A stretch of DNA of 64,000 bases, from positions 54-64,053 of the forward strand of contig CAZNZW010000008.1 of the NCBI GenBank assembly GCA_964577615.1, in the 5' to 3' direction. Position numbers and translations under genes: made by a program. The stretch comes from an uncultured Desulfobacterales bacterium. GTDB lineage: Bacteria > Desulfobacterota > Desulfobacteria > Desulfobacterales > QNYZ01. Of this stretch, positions 55,214-64,000 are shown in pieces. Below the pieces are notes generated by a model that had not been told where the DNA came from, searched no databases, and saw only the letters and a list, made by a program, of their open reading frames with translations. Every line of letters starts with the position of its first letter. The first letter of the stretch is position 1.

Positions 55214-55609
55214 TTAACGTTTCGAGAACTGGAACCGCTTGCGCGCGCCGGGCTGACCGTATTTTTTCCGCTCTTTCTGGCGGGGATCCCGTTTAACAAA
55301 GCCGGCTTTTTTCAGGGGGGTCCGCAGATCCGGATCGATGAGAACCAGGGCCTTGGTGATGCCATGTCGAATGGCGCCCGCCTGACCCGAAATCCCGCCA
55401 CCAATCACTTTGACTCGGATATCATAAGATTGCGCGTTATTGGTTAAATGCAGCGGTTGGAGCAACGCCGCCTTGGCCGTTTCCATGGGAAAATATTCTT
55501 CCAGCGTACGGTTGTTAATGCTGATATTTCCCGTTCCCGGCGTCATCCATGTTCTGGCGATGGCCGTTTTCCGTTTCCCGGTTGCGTAGTAGACATTTTC
55601 CTGTACCAT
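55214..55609 (-). CDS. rpsI: 30S ribosomal protein S9
   Basis: [46 protein letters not shown]; ORF track start 55654. Confidence 0.98.
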   Translation of the reverse strand: MVQENVYYATGKRKTAIARTWMTPGTGNISINNRTLEEYFPMETAKAALLQPLHLTNNAQSYDIRVKVIGGGISGQAGAIRHGITKALVLIDPDLRTPLKKAGFVKRDPRQKERKKYGQPGARKRFQFSKR

Positions 55610-55680
55610 GAACTGTTTCCCTTTTGCTTGTAAAATAGACGGAATCACCGGCAAATCAGGCGATGATCCCTCCCGCTGTT

Positions 55681-56115
55681 CTAAACGGCCAGTTCTTCCA
55701 GCTGCTGGGCCTTGTGAGGATGATCTTCGCCCTTGTACACCTTCAGCCGTTTAAATATCTGGCGCCCCAGTTTATTTTTGGGCAGCATTCCCCTCACGGC
55801 AAACCGGACCAGATCTTCGGGCTGTTTTTCCATCAATTTCTCGGCCGTGATCGTCTTCAGGCTGCCGATATACCCGCTGTGGCGGTAGTATTTTTTCTGT
55901 TTCATTTTACGGCCGGTCAGAACAATCTTGTCGGCGTTAATCACCACCACCCCGTCACCCATATTTGCGTGCGGCGTAAAAAGCGGGGTATGCTTGCCGC
56001 GCAGACGTGCGGCCACCGTAGTGGCCAGCCGCCCCAGGACCTGGCCGCTGGCATCTACAATCACCCATTTTCCCGGATTATCGCTGCTTTTGGCGCTGTA
56101 CGTATATTTTTTCAC
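55681..56115 (-). CDS. rplM: 50S ribosomal protein L13
   Basis: [31 protein letters not shown]. Confidence 0.98.
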   Translation of the reverse strand: MKKYTYSAKSSDNPGKWVIVDASGQVLGRLATTVAARLRGKHTPLFTPHANMGDGVVVINADKIVLTGRKMKQKKYYRHSGYIGSLKTITAEKLMEKQPEDLVRFAVRGMLPKNKLGRQIFKRLKVYKGEDHPHKAQQLEELAV

Positions 56116-56231
56116 TGCGTGCCTCTTAGTTCTGTTTTATTAAAAAAGAATATATGTAATAAGCATCCTGGATGTTGTCAAGAATAATTTAACCCCAGGA
56201 TAAATTTACGCGGCTGTTTAAGAATCATAAA

Positions 56232-56260
56232 TTGAACTTACCCATCGAATCCGTTATATT
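56232..56260 (+). promoter_or_regulatory. Putative sigma70 promoter of the CYTH-EEP pair
   Basis: TTGAAC-17 bp-TATATT. Confidence 0.45.
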
Positions 56261-56299
56261 GATTTTTATCTTTTTTACCTTTGGATGCAAGGAGTTTTT

Positions 56300-56923
56300 A
56301 TGTCCCTTGAACAGGAAGCCAAATTCATTTTAACCGATCCCGGCGCATGCCGGGACACGATCATTTCCCTGGGCGGCGTTTCCCGGGGCCGGGTGTTTGA
56401 AACCAACATCTGCTATGATGACAGAAAGCGCCGGCTGGCCGCCAGCCAATCGATTCTGCGTCTGCGCCGGGACAAGATCGTCCGGCTGACGTTTAAATCT
56501 CCCCTGGCCGGCGAACCGGATACCCAGGTCAAAACCATGCGCGAGCTCGAAACCACGGTGACCGATTTTGACACCATGGATCAGATCCTGACGGCCATCG
56601 GGTTTGCACCGGCCCAGATTTACGAAAAATGGCGGGAAACCTTCACCCTTGACGGTGCCGAGCTCTGTCTGGATACCATGCCTTTTGGCAATTTTCTTGA
56701 AATCGAAAGTTCGCCGGCGCAGGTCAAATCCCTGTCCGCGGCCCTGGGATTCCGCTGGGAAAAACGGGTGCTGGCCAATTATCTGGCCATCTTCGCCCTG
56801 ATCCGGAAAAAGGAAGGCTTTGACTTTACCGACATCACCTTTGCCCACTTTAAACCCCTTGCCATCGATCTGGAACAATACGCACCGCTGCTTGAGGCCG
56901 GCTCATGCGACCCGCCGGATTAA
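56300..56923 (+). CDS. CYTH-domain protein (class IV adenylate cyclase-like)
   Basis: ExExK (EQEAK), LRLR, YEKWRETF, GNFLEIE; RBS AGGAG. Confidence 0.88.
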   Translation: MSLEQEAKFILTDPGACRDTIISLGGVSRGRVFETNICYDDRKRRLAASQSILRLRRDKIVRLTFKSPLAGEPDTQVKTMRELETTVTDFDTMDQILTAIGFAPAQIYEKWRETFTLDGAELCLDTMPFGNFLEIESSPAQVKSLSAALGFRWEKRVLANYLAIFALIRKKEGFDFTDITFAHFKPLAIDLEQYAPLLEAGSCDPPD

Positions 56924-57669
56924 CGGTTTTTTCACTGAATATCCGGTTTGGCCGGGCCGACGACGGCCCCAACGGCTGGACGCATCGCAGACACTTTTTC
57001 CCCCGTCTGCTGGCCAGATACCCGGCCGACTTTTACGCCTTTCAGGAGGTCAACGATTTCCAGGCCGATGACCTGAAGGCCATGCTCCCCGCGTACCGCT
57101 GCATCGGCCAGCGGCTGCCGGCCCCCGATTACTGGCAGAGCAATATCATTTTTTACCGCCGCACCTGGCAATGTGCCGGCCAATATCATTATTACTTAAG
57201 CCAGACCCCGGAAATTCCAAGTAAATTCAATGGCAGCAAATGGCCGCGCCAGTGTACCATGGGCGTATTCCAGCGGGCCGGCCGGCGGGTCCTCTGTGTC
57301 AATACACATTTTGATTTTACCGAAAAGGTCCGAAAAAAAAGCGCCCGGCTCATCCTCTCCCGGCTGCCCCCGCTCACTGACGCTGAACCTGCCATTGTCA
57401 CGGGAGATTTCAATGCCTCTCCGGGCAGCCCCTGTTATCGGATTTTTACCGGAAACAGGGGTAAAGGACGGTTTGAGAACATATTCCAGCCGCCGTTTTC
57501 AGCCACTCACCACGGGTTTACCGGCAACACCGACGGGGATGCCATTGACTGGATACTGTATCGCGGTCCCGTAAGCCCCATTGAAAGCGAGATACTTCGC
57601 GACACTTTTAACCACCGTTACCCTTCCGACCATTTCCCCCTGCGGGTTCGTTTTCAATGGACGGTTTAA
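56905..57669 (+). CDS. Endonuclease/exonuclease/phosphatase-family protein
   Basis: SLNIR, FQEV, VNTHFD, TGDFNA, IDWILY, PSDHFP. Confidence 0.9.
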   Translation: MRPAGLTVFSLNIRFGRADDGPNGWTHRRHFFPRLLARYPADFYAFQEVNDFQADDLKAMLPAYRCIGQRLPAPDYWQSNIIFYRRTWQCAGQYHYYLSQTPEIPSKFNGSKWPRQCTMGVFQRAGRRVLCVNTHFDFTEKVRKKSARLILSRLPPLTDAEPAIVTGDFNASPGSPCYRIFTGNRGKGRFENIFQPPFSATHHGFTGNTDGDAIDWILYRGPVSPIESEILRDTFNHRYPSDHFPLRVRFQWTV

Positions 57670-57682
57670 CGCATGAAATGGA

Positions 57683-58489
57683 TCATGATTTGACGGACAC
57701 ACGGACGGCGCTTCCCTTGCCGATGCCGAGACGAGAGGCGGCATTGCCTTGATTCAGGGCAATTTCAAGAAACCGGCGGCTGCCGATATAGGCGGACAGG
57801 CTGCCCGGTGGCCGGTCCTGATAGGTCACCGCCAGTCCGTCGATACGATGGTTTCCCAGGGCAATGACGATCGAAGGGTCTGGCTGCCCATGGCGCAGGG
57901 ATTCGATCTGGTCCGCATCGATATCGGATATCAGGTTCCCGAAGCGGTCCACATCAATAATCCGTCCGGTGATCACTTCTTTATTCAACAACCGGGGCGG
58001 AGAATAATCAAGCGCCACCATGTCGGCGGGGGCCATGGGTGAGCCGAGCTGATCCGGGGGAACACCATTGGTAATATGCGCGGCCACCGGTGCGAAGACA
58101 TCCCGGCCGTGAAATGTATTGCTGACCGGATGACGAAACAGATCCGGATTATCAACGGCCACCAGCCACCGCATCTCTTCTTCGCGCCGGACAAGATCGA
58201 AAACACCGTTATCCGGTCCGAGAAAGATATGACCCGATGCTTCAAAGGCCACCACCGCCCGGCCGGTACCGACACCGGGATCAACCACCACCACATGTAC
58301 CGTAGCATCCGGGAAATATCTAAAGGAAGACCGGATCGAAAAGGCGGCCTGGACCCGATCCTGGGGATCAATCTGGTGGGTGATATCGACCACCACCGCC
58401 TGGGGGGCAATGCCGAGAATGACCCCCTTCATGACCCCCGCGTATCCGTCTTTGTCTCCGAAATCAGTGGTGAGCGTGATAATCCGCAT
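57683..58489 (-). CDS. SAM hydroxide adenosyltransferase (DUF62; fluorinase/chlorinase superfamily)
   Basis: IITLTTDFG, VVVVDPGVGT, SNTFHGRDVFAP, VDRFGNLIS, LEIALNQG; ORF track start 58519. Confidence 0.9.
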   Translation of the reverse strand: MRIITLTTDFGDKDGYAGVMKGVILGIAPQAVVVDITHQIDPQDRVQAAFSIRSSFRYFPDATVHVVVVDPGVGTGRAVVAFEASGHIFLGPDNGVFDLVRREEEMRWLVAVDNPDLFRHPVSNTFHGRDVFAPVAAHITNGVPPDQLGSPMAPADMVALDYSPPRLLNKEVITGRIIDVDRFGNLISDIDADQIESLRHGQPDPSIVIALGNHRIDGLAVTYQDRPPGSLSAYIGSRRFLEIALNQGNAASRLGIGKGSAVRVSVKS

Positions 58490-58580
58490 CGGTTTCAATC
58501 GGCCGGGAGAACATAGCATGATAATGGCTTCATGGCTTCAGGTACCTGGCCGCTGGCAATCTGCCTGACTGGCCGGCTTT

Positions 58581-59621
58581 TCAGAACAACCCTTCCTGGA
58601 CCGGATAGCCCAGGTGACGATAGGCCGCTTCCGACGCCCGCCGGCCCGAAGATGTCCGCAGCACCATGCCGATCTTTAACAGGTAGGGTTCGACCACATC
58701 GACCAGAGTATCGGTTTCTTCCTGCAGGGTGGCGGCAATGGCCTCGATCCCCACCGGCCCCCCTTTGTAAAAATCAATAATGGTCTTCAAATAGCGGCGA
58801 TCCAGGCGGGTCAGCCCCTTTTCGTCAACCCCTTCCAGGGTCAGTGCGGCCTGGACAGTGTCAAGCAGTATCACGCCATCGGCCTTGACCTGCGCATAGT
58901 CCCGGACCCGTTTGAGCAGCCGGTTGACGACACGGGGCGTTCCCCGGGATCGGCGGGCCAGCTCCAGGGCCGCGTCGTCCTTGATTTCCACATCGAGCAG
59001 ATCAGCCGACCGTTTGTTGATGCGGATCAGGTCGGTTTCGCTGTAAAAATCGAGCGAGCGAAAAATTCCGAAACGATCCCGCAGCGGCGCGGATAACAGC
59101 CCCACCCGCGTGGTGGCCCCCACCAGGATGAACTGTTTGAGCGGAATCTTGTGGCTCCGGGCATGCACGCCTTTGTCGAAAACAATGTCGACGGAAAAAT
59201 CTTCCATGGCCGGGTAGAGAAATTCCTCGACAACCTTGGGCATGCGGTGGATCTCGTCCACAAACAGAACATCGCCGGCCGCCAGATGCGTCAGAATCCC
59301 CACCAGATCACCGCCCTTTTCCAGGGCCGGCCCGGAAGTAATCGTCATCTCGCCGCCGGTTTCTACGGCAATAATGTGAGCCAGCGTGGTTTTTCCCAGA
59401 CCGGGAGGCCCGTGAAAAAGAACATGATCCATGACCTCATTGCGTTTCCGGGCGGCCTGGATCGCGATTTTAAGCGTTTCCACCACATCAATCTGGCCAA
59501 TATAGTCGGTCAGACGCTGGGGACGCAGGGAGACCAGTTCCGCTTCGTTATCCTCGGGGAGGGGGTTTGGATCAAGGACTCCCTGAATCTGATGAGATTC
59601 GGTCAATACCGGGTTGGTCAT
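58581..59621 (-). CDS. ruvB: Holliday junction helicase RuvB
   Basis: [37 protein letters not shown]. Confidence 0.97.
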   Translation of the reverse strand: MTNPVLTESHQIQGVLDPNPLPEDNEAELVSLRPQRLTDYIGQIDVVETLKIAIQAARKRNEVMDHVLFHGPPGLGKTTLAHIIAVETGGEMTITSGPALEKGGDLVGILTHLAAGDVLFVDEIHRMPKVVEEFLYPAMEDFSVDIVFDKGVHARSHKIPLKQFILVGATTRVGLLSAPLRDRFGIFRSLDFYSETDLIRINKRSADLLDVEIKDDAALELARRSRGTPRVVNRLLKRVRDYAQVKADGVILLDTVQAALTLEGVDEKGLTRLDRRYLKTIIDFYKGGPVGIEAIAATLQEETDTLVDVVEPYLLKIGMVLRTSSGRRASEAAYRHLGYPVQEGLF

Positions 59622-60235
59622 GGCGTGGGTTCACCTCGATAAATTTCATCGATGAGCATATCGGCCGAGGCGATCCCGGGATTCCGGGCCATTGCCTGGC
59701 TGATCAATCGTTTGGCATCGGACGGTTTGTGTCCCATCTGAGCGATCAGGACATCGAGAACCTGGTTTCGGAATTCGGCTTCCGGCAGCGGCACCGTTGC
59801 CCGGTCCGGCAGGGCCGATGCAAATTTTTCGATCTTTCCCTGAAGCGTCGCCACGATTTTCTGGGCGGTGCGCCGGCCGATGCCCTTCAGCCCGGCCAGG
59901 CGGCTGATATCCCCGGCCTCGATGGCCGTGGCGATCTCTTCGATGGGGATTGTCAGGGCAGCGATGGCCTTTAAGGGGCCAATGGCCGACACGGAAATAA
60001 AATGTTGAAAAAACTCATTTTCGACCTGCAGCTGGAATCCAATCAGAACCGGTTTGGGCTGGCGCTCGGTCTGGTGATGGTAGATATAAAGGGCCACATC
60101 GTCGCCGACCTGCCGGGATGCCAGCCGCGCCATCACAATACCGGGCACAAGCACTTCGTATCCGATCTGATTGGCCAGAACCAGCAGCCGGTCGGCATCC
60201 TTGGCTAATATTTTTCCCTCAATGTACCCGATCAT
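59618..60235 (-). CDS. ruvA: Holliday junction branch-migration protein RuvA
   Basis: [35 protein letters not shown]; ORF track start 60277. Confidence 0.93.
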   Translation of the reverse strand: MIGYIEGKILAKDADRLLVLANQIGYEVLVPGIVMARLASRQVGDDVALYIYHHQTERQPKPVLIGFQLQVENEFFQHFISVSAIGPLKAIAALTIPIEEIATAIEAGDISRLAGLKGIGRRTAQKIVATLQGKIEKFASALPDRATVPLPEAEFRNQVLDVLIAQMGHKPSDAKRLISQAMARNPGIASADMLIDEIYRGEPTP

Positions 60236-60289
60236 GGACCCCCTTCCCGAGCGGCCGGAACAGGGCCGCCACTGCATCGCTCCGACGGG

Positions 60290-60790
60290 CTATCCCGCCG
60301 GAAAAAACCCCAGCGTATCCAACCGGAACAACCCGATCAGCGCCAGCCCCAGCGCATCCGAGGCATGATCCGGTGTAATCGGTGCCTGGCGCATCAGGGT
60401 CTGCCGTACTGCCCTTTCCATCTGCTGTTTCGACGCATTTCCATTGCCGGTCAGCGTCTGCTTGGCTTCCCGGACAGGGACTTCCCGAACCGGAATGCCG
60501 GATTTGCTGCCGGCCAGCATGACAACACCGACCACTTTCCCCAGCTGAATCGCCGACGCTGGATAGCGCGGCAATGAGAATACTTTTTCCACCACCATGA
60601 GGTCGGGGGGGTCTTTTTCAATCACGGATATCAAACGGGAGTAAATCAATTCAAGGCGGGACGGCAGGGCGGCGGTTTTTTGGGTATGGATAACGCCGTA
60701 GGCATAACCGGCAACATGTGATCGGTGCCCCCAGACAACGCCGATGCCTGTTTCGGCCAGCCCCGGATCAATACCGATAATTCTGGCCAT
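60290..60790 (-). CDS. ruvC: Crossover junction endodeoxyribonuclease RuvC
   Basis: IIGIDPG, VVEKVF, TGNGNASKQQM, HASDALGLA; ORF track start 60817. Confidence 0.95.
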   Translation of the reverse strand: MARIIGIDPGLAETGIGVVWGHRSHVAGYAYGVIHTQKTAALPSRLELIYSRLISVIEKDPPDLMVVEKVFSLPRYPASAIQLGKVVGVVMLAGSKSGIPVREVPVREAKQTLTGNGNASKQQMERAVRQTLMRQAPITPDHASDALGLALIGLFRLDTLGFFPAG

Positions 60791-60824
60791 GCCCCGTTTC
60801 TTCCCCGATCCCGCCATCGGGAGA

Positions 60825-61688
60825 TCAAATCTCTTTCAGTTTTTTCCCGGCAATCAAAGCGGCATGCGTATGCGGGTATTTTTTGATCAACTCTTTCAAG
60901 ATCAGACGGGCATTGGCTTTATCTTTAAGCTTGTAAAATGCCAGCCCCTGCTTGAGCATGGCATCAGGCGCCTTGTTCCCTCTGGGATAGGTTTCGATAA
61001 CCTTCTGATACTCAAGGATGGCTTTTTCGTACCATTGTTCACGATAAAATATTTCGGCGATCCAGAACTGGGCGTTGTCCGCATTCTTTGATTTCGAATA
61101 TTTCTTTATGAACGCCTTGAACTGCGCCCGGGCGGTTTCGTCATCGCCTTTGTCAAAGGCGCTTTTGGCCGCCTGATACAATTCCGCTTCCGTGGCGGGC
61201 AGGCTGACGGACTGACCGGATTTTTCCCCGGCGGGTTTCTCCACCCGGGAGGCCGGTTGTTCGACGCCTAAATAGCTTTCAAGGTAAGCGATACGCTGTT
61301 TGGCATTTTCGAGTGCCGCCGCCAGCTGATCCATTCGCTGGCCGTATTGCGCCTCAACCTCATTGGTGGCGCCATTTTTCTGCTTCAGCTGATAGGCCAG
61401 TTCTTCCAGACGCCCTTCAAGCTGGCGGGTCTCCTGCTTCATGCCGTCAAGCGTCGCCGTAAGCGTGGCCGATTGATTGCGGATCTGCTGCGTACTGTTT
61501 TTCCGCAGCATCAATTCGCTTTTATATTCTTCCCTGCTCTTAAGCAGTTCCTTTTCCTGCTCGGCCAACTGCTTTTCGATCCGGTACATGTGTTCGTCAT
61601 AGGGATACAGATCTTTTTGCGTGACACAGCCGGTAATCGCCCCCGCGAACCACGCACCCAGAACAATGAGTATAACCCGTTTCATCAT
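60825..61688 (-). CDS. cpoB: Tol-Pal system protein CpoB/YbgF (lipoprotein form)
   Basis: Lipobox ITGC, coiled-coil, TPRs ADNAQFWIAE, GNKAPDAMLKQG; follows pal; ORF track start 61793. Confidence 0.9.
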   Translation of the reverse strand: MMKRVILIVLGAWFAGAITGCVTQKDLYPYDEHMYRIEKQLAEQEKELLKSREEYKSELMLRKNSTQQIRNQSATLTATLDGMKQETRQLEGRLEELAYQLKQKNGATNEVEAQYGQRMDQLAAALENAKQRIAYLESYLGVEQPASRVEKPAGEKSGQSVSLPATEAELYQAAKSAFDKGDDETARAQFKAFIKKYSKSKNADNAQFWIAEIFYREQWYEKAILEYQKVIETYPRGNKAPDAMLKQGLAFYKLKDKANARLILKELIKKYPHTHAALIAGKKLKEI

Positions 61689-61811
61689 GTATTCCATTTC
61701 GATAAATACGGTACCCGCCCGAAAAACCACTGCCACCGGCCGGGTACCGCACGCAATTATCAGCGGCCGCCGAAAGCTCGCCCGGCGACCCACTTTAAAT
61801 CAGACCGTCAG

Positions 61812-62390
61812 TTACCGGATAACAAACTGAGCCCGTCTGTTTTTGGCCCACGCCGCTTCGCCCATTCCCGTGTCGATGGGGCGTTCTTCACCAAAGCTCA
61901 CGGTCGACAGTCGCGACGGGTCAATGCCCAGGCTGACCAAAAACCGTTTGGCGCTTTCCGCCCGGCGATCTCCCAGTGCCAGGTTATAGGCAACGGTTCC
62001 CCGTTCATCGCAATGCCCTTCGATCAACGCTTTGCTTTCCGGATTATTGCGCAACCACTCGGCCTTGTCCTTTAAAATATTCTGGGCCATATCATCTAAA
62101 ACAGCGCTGTCATAAGAAAAGTGCACCAGCACATTCTCAAATTGATCCCGAGCTTCCTTTGCCATCTGCTCGGCCTTCAGGCGCTCTTCTTCCAATCTTT
62201 GTTTTTCCAGCTGTTTCTGACGTTCAAGCTCCGCCAGCCGCGCTTTTTCAGCCGCCTTTTTTGCAGCATCATCCTCGCTGCTCATGGCGTTCCCATTTTT
62301 ATTCATGGCTTTTTTGGCACATGAGGTCGTGAACAGCAACCCTGGAACAACCAGCATCAGTGCCATGGCAATCCACAAGCTTTTCCGCAT
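61812..62390 (-). CDS. pal: Peptidoglycan-associated lipoprotein
   Basis: Lipobox TTSC; [34 protein letters not shown]. Confidence 0.96.
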   Translation of the reverse strand: MRKSLWIAMALMLVVPGLLFTTSCAKKAMNKNGNAMSSEDDAAKKAAEKARLAELERQKQLEKQRLEEERLKAEQMAKEARDQFENVLVHFSYDSAVLDDMAQNILKDKAEWLRNNPESKALIEGHCDERGTVAYNLALGDRRAESAKRFLVSLGIDPSRLSTVSFGEERPIDTGMGEAAWAKNRRAQFVIR

Positions 62391-62452
62391 ACTACCCTCC
62401 TTGTTTACGTTATTGCGCGTTTAAATATCATTGGTTTGACTGGTCCGGCGCA

Positions 62453-63820
62453 TTATTCTCCCCCCACATTGGCCGACCAGTTCGGCTCACTCTGCCGTCC
62501 CGGCAAGCTGAGCAATCGTCGCTGATCCGTCCCATAGGCAGTCATGATATAAATCCGGGACTTCCCTTCCCGGTCCGAGCTGAAGACAAGCAGACTCCCG
62601 TCCGGCGACCATGAGGGCGATTCATTATCCCCCGCATCATGGGTCATCTGGGCCAGCCCCTTGCCATCGACTCCGATCACCCGGATATTCAACCCATCCC
62701 GATTCATGGCGGTGAAGGCGATTCGGTTTCCATTGGGTGACCAGGCCGGCTGGGTATTATTTTTGCCTTCGAATGTCAGACGACGTACCTGGTTCGAAGC
62801 CATGTCCTTGATGTAGATTTGAGGAGACCCGGCACGTTTGGAAACAAAGGCCATCTGTTTGCCGTCCGGTGACCAGCTGACGGACACATCAATCCCGTGG
62901 CTATGGGTTAATCTATTAATAATTTTTCCGGTTTCGGTCAACAAATAAATTTCAGGATCCCCCGTAAAAGAAAGCGTCGCCGCCAGCTGTAATTTTCCCG
63001 GCACCCAGCTGGGCGCGATATTTATCCCTTTTTTGGCGACCACCGCCCCCATTTTTTTATAGACCTGCCGGATGTACAAATCCGGTTTATGCTTGGCGTA
63101 GGATGTATAAGCGATCCATTGGCCGTCTGACGACCAGGCCGGAGAGAGGTTAATGCTCTTGTTATGTGTCAGCCGTACCGGATCTTTTCCATCAAAATCA
63201 CATACGAAGATTTCCTTATTCCCCTTTACCGTTGAAACAAAAGCGATTTTGCTGTCGAATATGCCCCGTCTGCCTGTCAATACAAAAATAATTTCACTGG
63301 AAAATCGGCGAATTATGTGGCGCAGGTCCGCGGGACGGCCCTTATATCGCTTGCCCACCAGCAGGGTACCTTTAAAGGTATCAAACAGCCGCAGCTCCAT
63401 ATTCAGCAGGCCGTTATCCAGTACAACCCCCCCGGTGACCAGCAGCTCGGCCCCCACCCCCGTCCAGTTTTTAAACTTGATCTGACGGCCCTCAAGGTTG
63501 GGCGAAAAAGGCTCAATGAGAAACGCTCCCCGGTCAAGCATTTTGAAAAAACCGGTAAACGTCAGCATATCGGTCAGCATGTCCGCCGCCTGGCGGCTGA
63601 TTTTTTTTTCATCGTCAGTGAGATGGGCCGGTTTAAACAGCGGTATCGCCGTGGGGATCTTTCTCAGCCCCGGGCTGTTGATATCGACATAGTCATACTG
63701 CGCCCCCAGGGCCGGAAAAACGCCAAAAAAACCGATCAATATTCCCACCAGAACAGGCAAATAGCGCCGGCGGTCAAAGTGATTTGAAATAATAGCCATA
63801 AGAGATTCCTTCATCTGCAT
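62453..63820 (-). CDS. tolB: Tol-Pal beta-propeller protein TolB
   Basis: IFDSKIAFV, multiple PAWSxDG/PSWSPDG repeats; precedes pal. Confidence 0.95.
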   Translation of the reverse strand: MQMKESLMAIISNHFDRRRYLPVLVGILIGFFGVFPALGAQYDYVDINSPGLRKIPTAIPLFKPAHLTDDEKKISRQAADMLTDMLTFTGFFKMLDRGAFLIEPFSPNLEGRQIKFKNWTGVGAELLVTGGVVLDNGLLNMELRLFDTFKGTLLVGKRYKGRPADLRHIIRRFSSEIIFVLTGRRGIFDSKIAFVSTVKGNKEIFVCDFDGKDPVRLTHNKSINLSPAWSSDGQWIAYTSYAKHKPDLYIRQVYKKMGAVVAKKGINIAPSWVPGKLQLAATLSFTGDPEIYLLTETGKIINRLTHSHGIDVSVSWSPDGKQMAFVSKRAGSPQIYIKDMASNQVRRLTFEGKNNTQPAWSPNGNRIAFTAMNRDGLNIRVIGVDGKGLAQMTHDAGDNESPSWSPDGSLLVFSSDREGKSRIYIMTAYGTDQRRLLSLPGRQSEPNWSANVGGE

Positions 63821-63852
63821 GCGTGAACAGTCATTGATTCAGTCGTCCATGT

Positions 63853-63999
63853 CTATTTTACACCTTCCGGAGTAAAAATCAGCCCCAGATTGTAGAACGC
63901 CTGGTGATACCCCGGGGGCAGCGGCGGCAGCGGGCTGGATTTTTTAACCGCCTTATACGCTGAATCGTCCAGATATTGATTGCCCGACCGTTTTTCAAA
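63853..63999 (-). CDS. C-terminus of a TolA/TonB-family protein (truncated by window edge)
   Basis: Minus frame FEKRSGNQYLDDSAYKAVKKSSPLPPLPPG...FTPEGVK*; directly upstream of tolB. Confidence 0.8.
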   Translation of the reverse strand, partial: FEKRSGNQYLDDSAYKAVKKSSPLPPLPPGYHQAFYNLGLIFTPEGVK

Positions 64000-64000
64000 C

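Noticed and set aside
57683-58489. Possible fluorinase/chlorinase serving the lipid clusters
   Set aside because: Motifs fit the widespread DUF62 hydrolase and it sits in the ruv operon about 16 kb from oleC.
1-64000. CRISPR arrays, tRNA/rRNA genes, riboswitches, integrases, selenocysteine read-through or programmed frameshifts
   Set aside because: No regularly spaced repeats, cloverleafs or recognisable riboswitch cores seen in the intergenic regions read, and all major genes are complete in one frame. Manual reading could miss a diverged ncRNA; an Infernal/tRNAscan run would settle it.

Overview
Bacterial chromosomal window. Gene content and protein style suggest an anaerobic deltaproteobacterium of the Desulfobacterales type (inference). 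From left to right: (i) an AT-richer accessory stretch (1-5.7 kb) with choline-sulfatase plus its radical-SAM maturase, a transposase relic, a duplicated ~160-bp non-coding element, a Cys-rich membrane protein and a metallophosphoesterase; (ii) a liv-type ABC operon, prmA, a PilZ protein and a repeat-bearing amidase; (iii) a 15-kb divergently transcribed type II FAS/PKS lipid cluster (13.7-28.9 kb) with 2 ACPs, a fused KS-CLF, 2 further FabF-like KS, FabG, 3 dehydratases, a thioesterase, four radical-SAM enzymes (2 cobalamin-binding, 2 paralogous SPASM/twitch-like), LolA-like and lipoprotein genes and a dedicated PlsY, with no enoyl reductase; (iv) a TetR/aminotransferase/ferredoxin operon and GNAT genes; (v) a PfaC-like PUFA-synthase subunit followed directly by oleA-oleB-oleC, with no pfaA/B/D and no oleD in the window; (vi) housekeeping genes (purB, YbjQ pair, an enlarged KAS III, Yej/Opp-type ABC, rplM-rpsI, CYTH, EEP, DUF62, ruvCAB, tolA'-tolB-pal-cpoB). 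The strongest candidate for an undescribed system is the radical-SAM-rich, aryl-polyene/ladderane-island-like lipid cluster, possibly working with the neighbouring incomplete pfaC-oleABC operon. No rRNA, tRNA, CRISPR array, integrase or intact IS was seen. All family calls come from motif recognition by eye; no searches were run.
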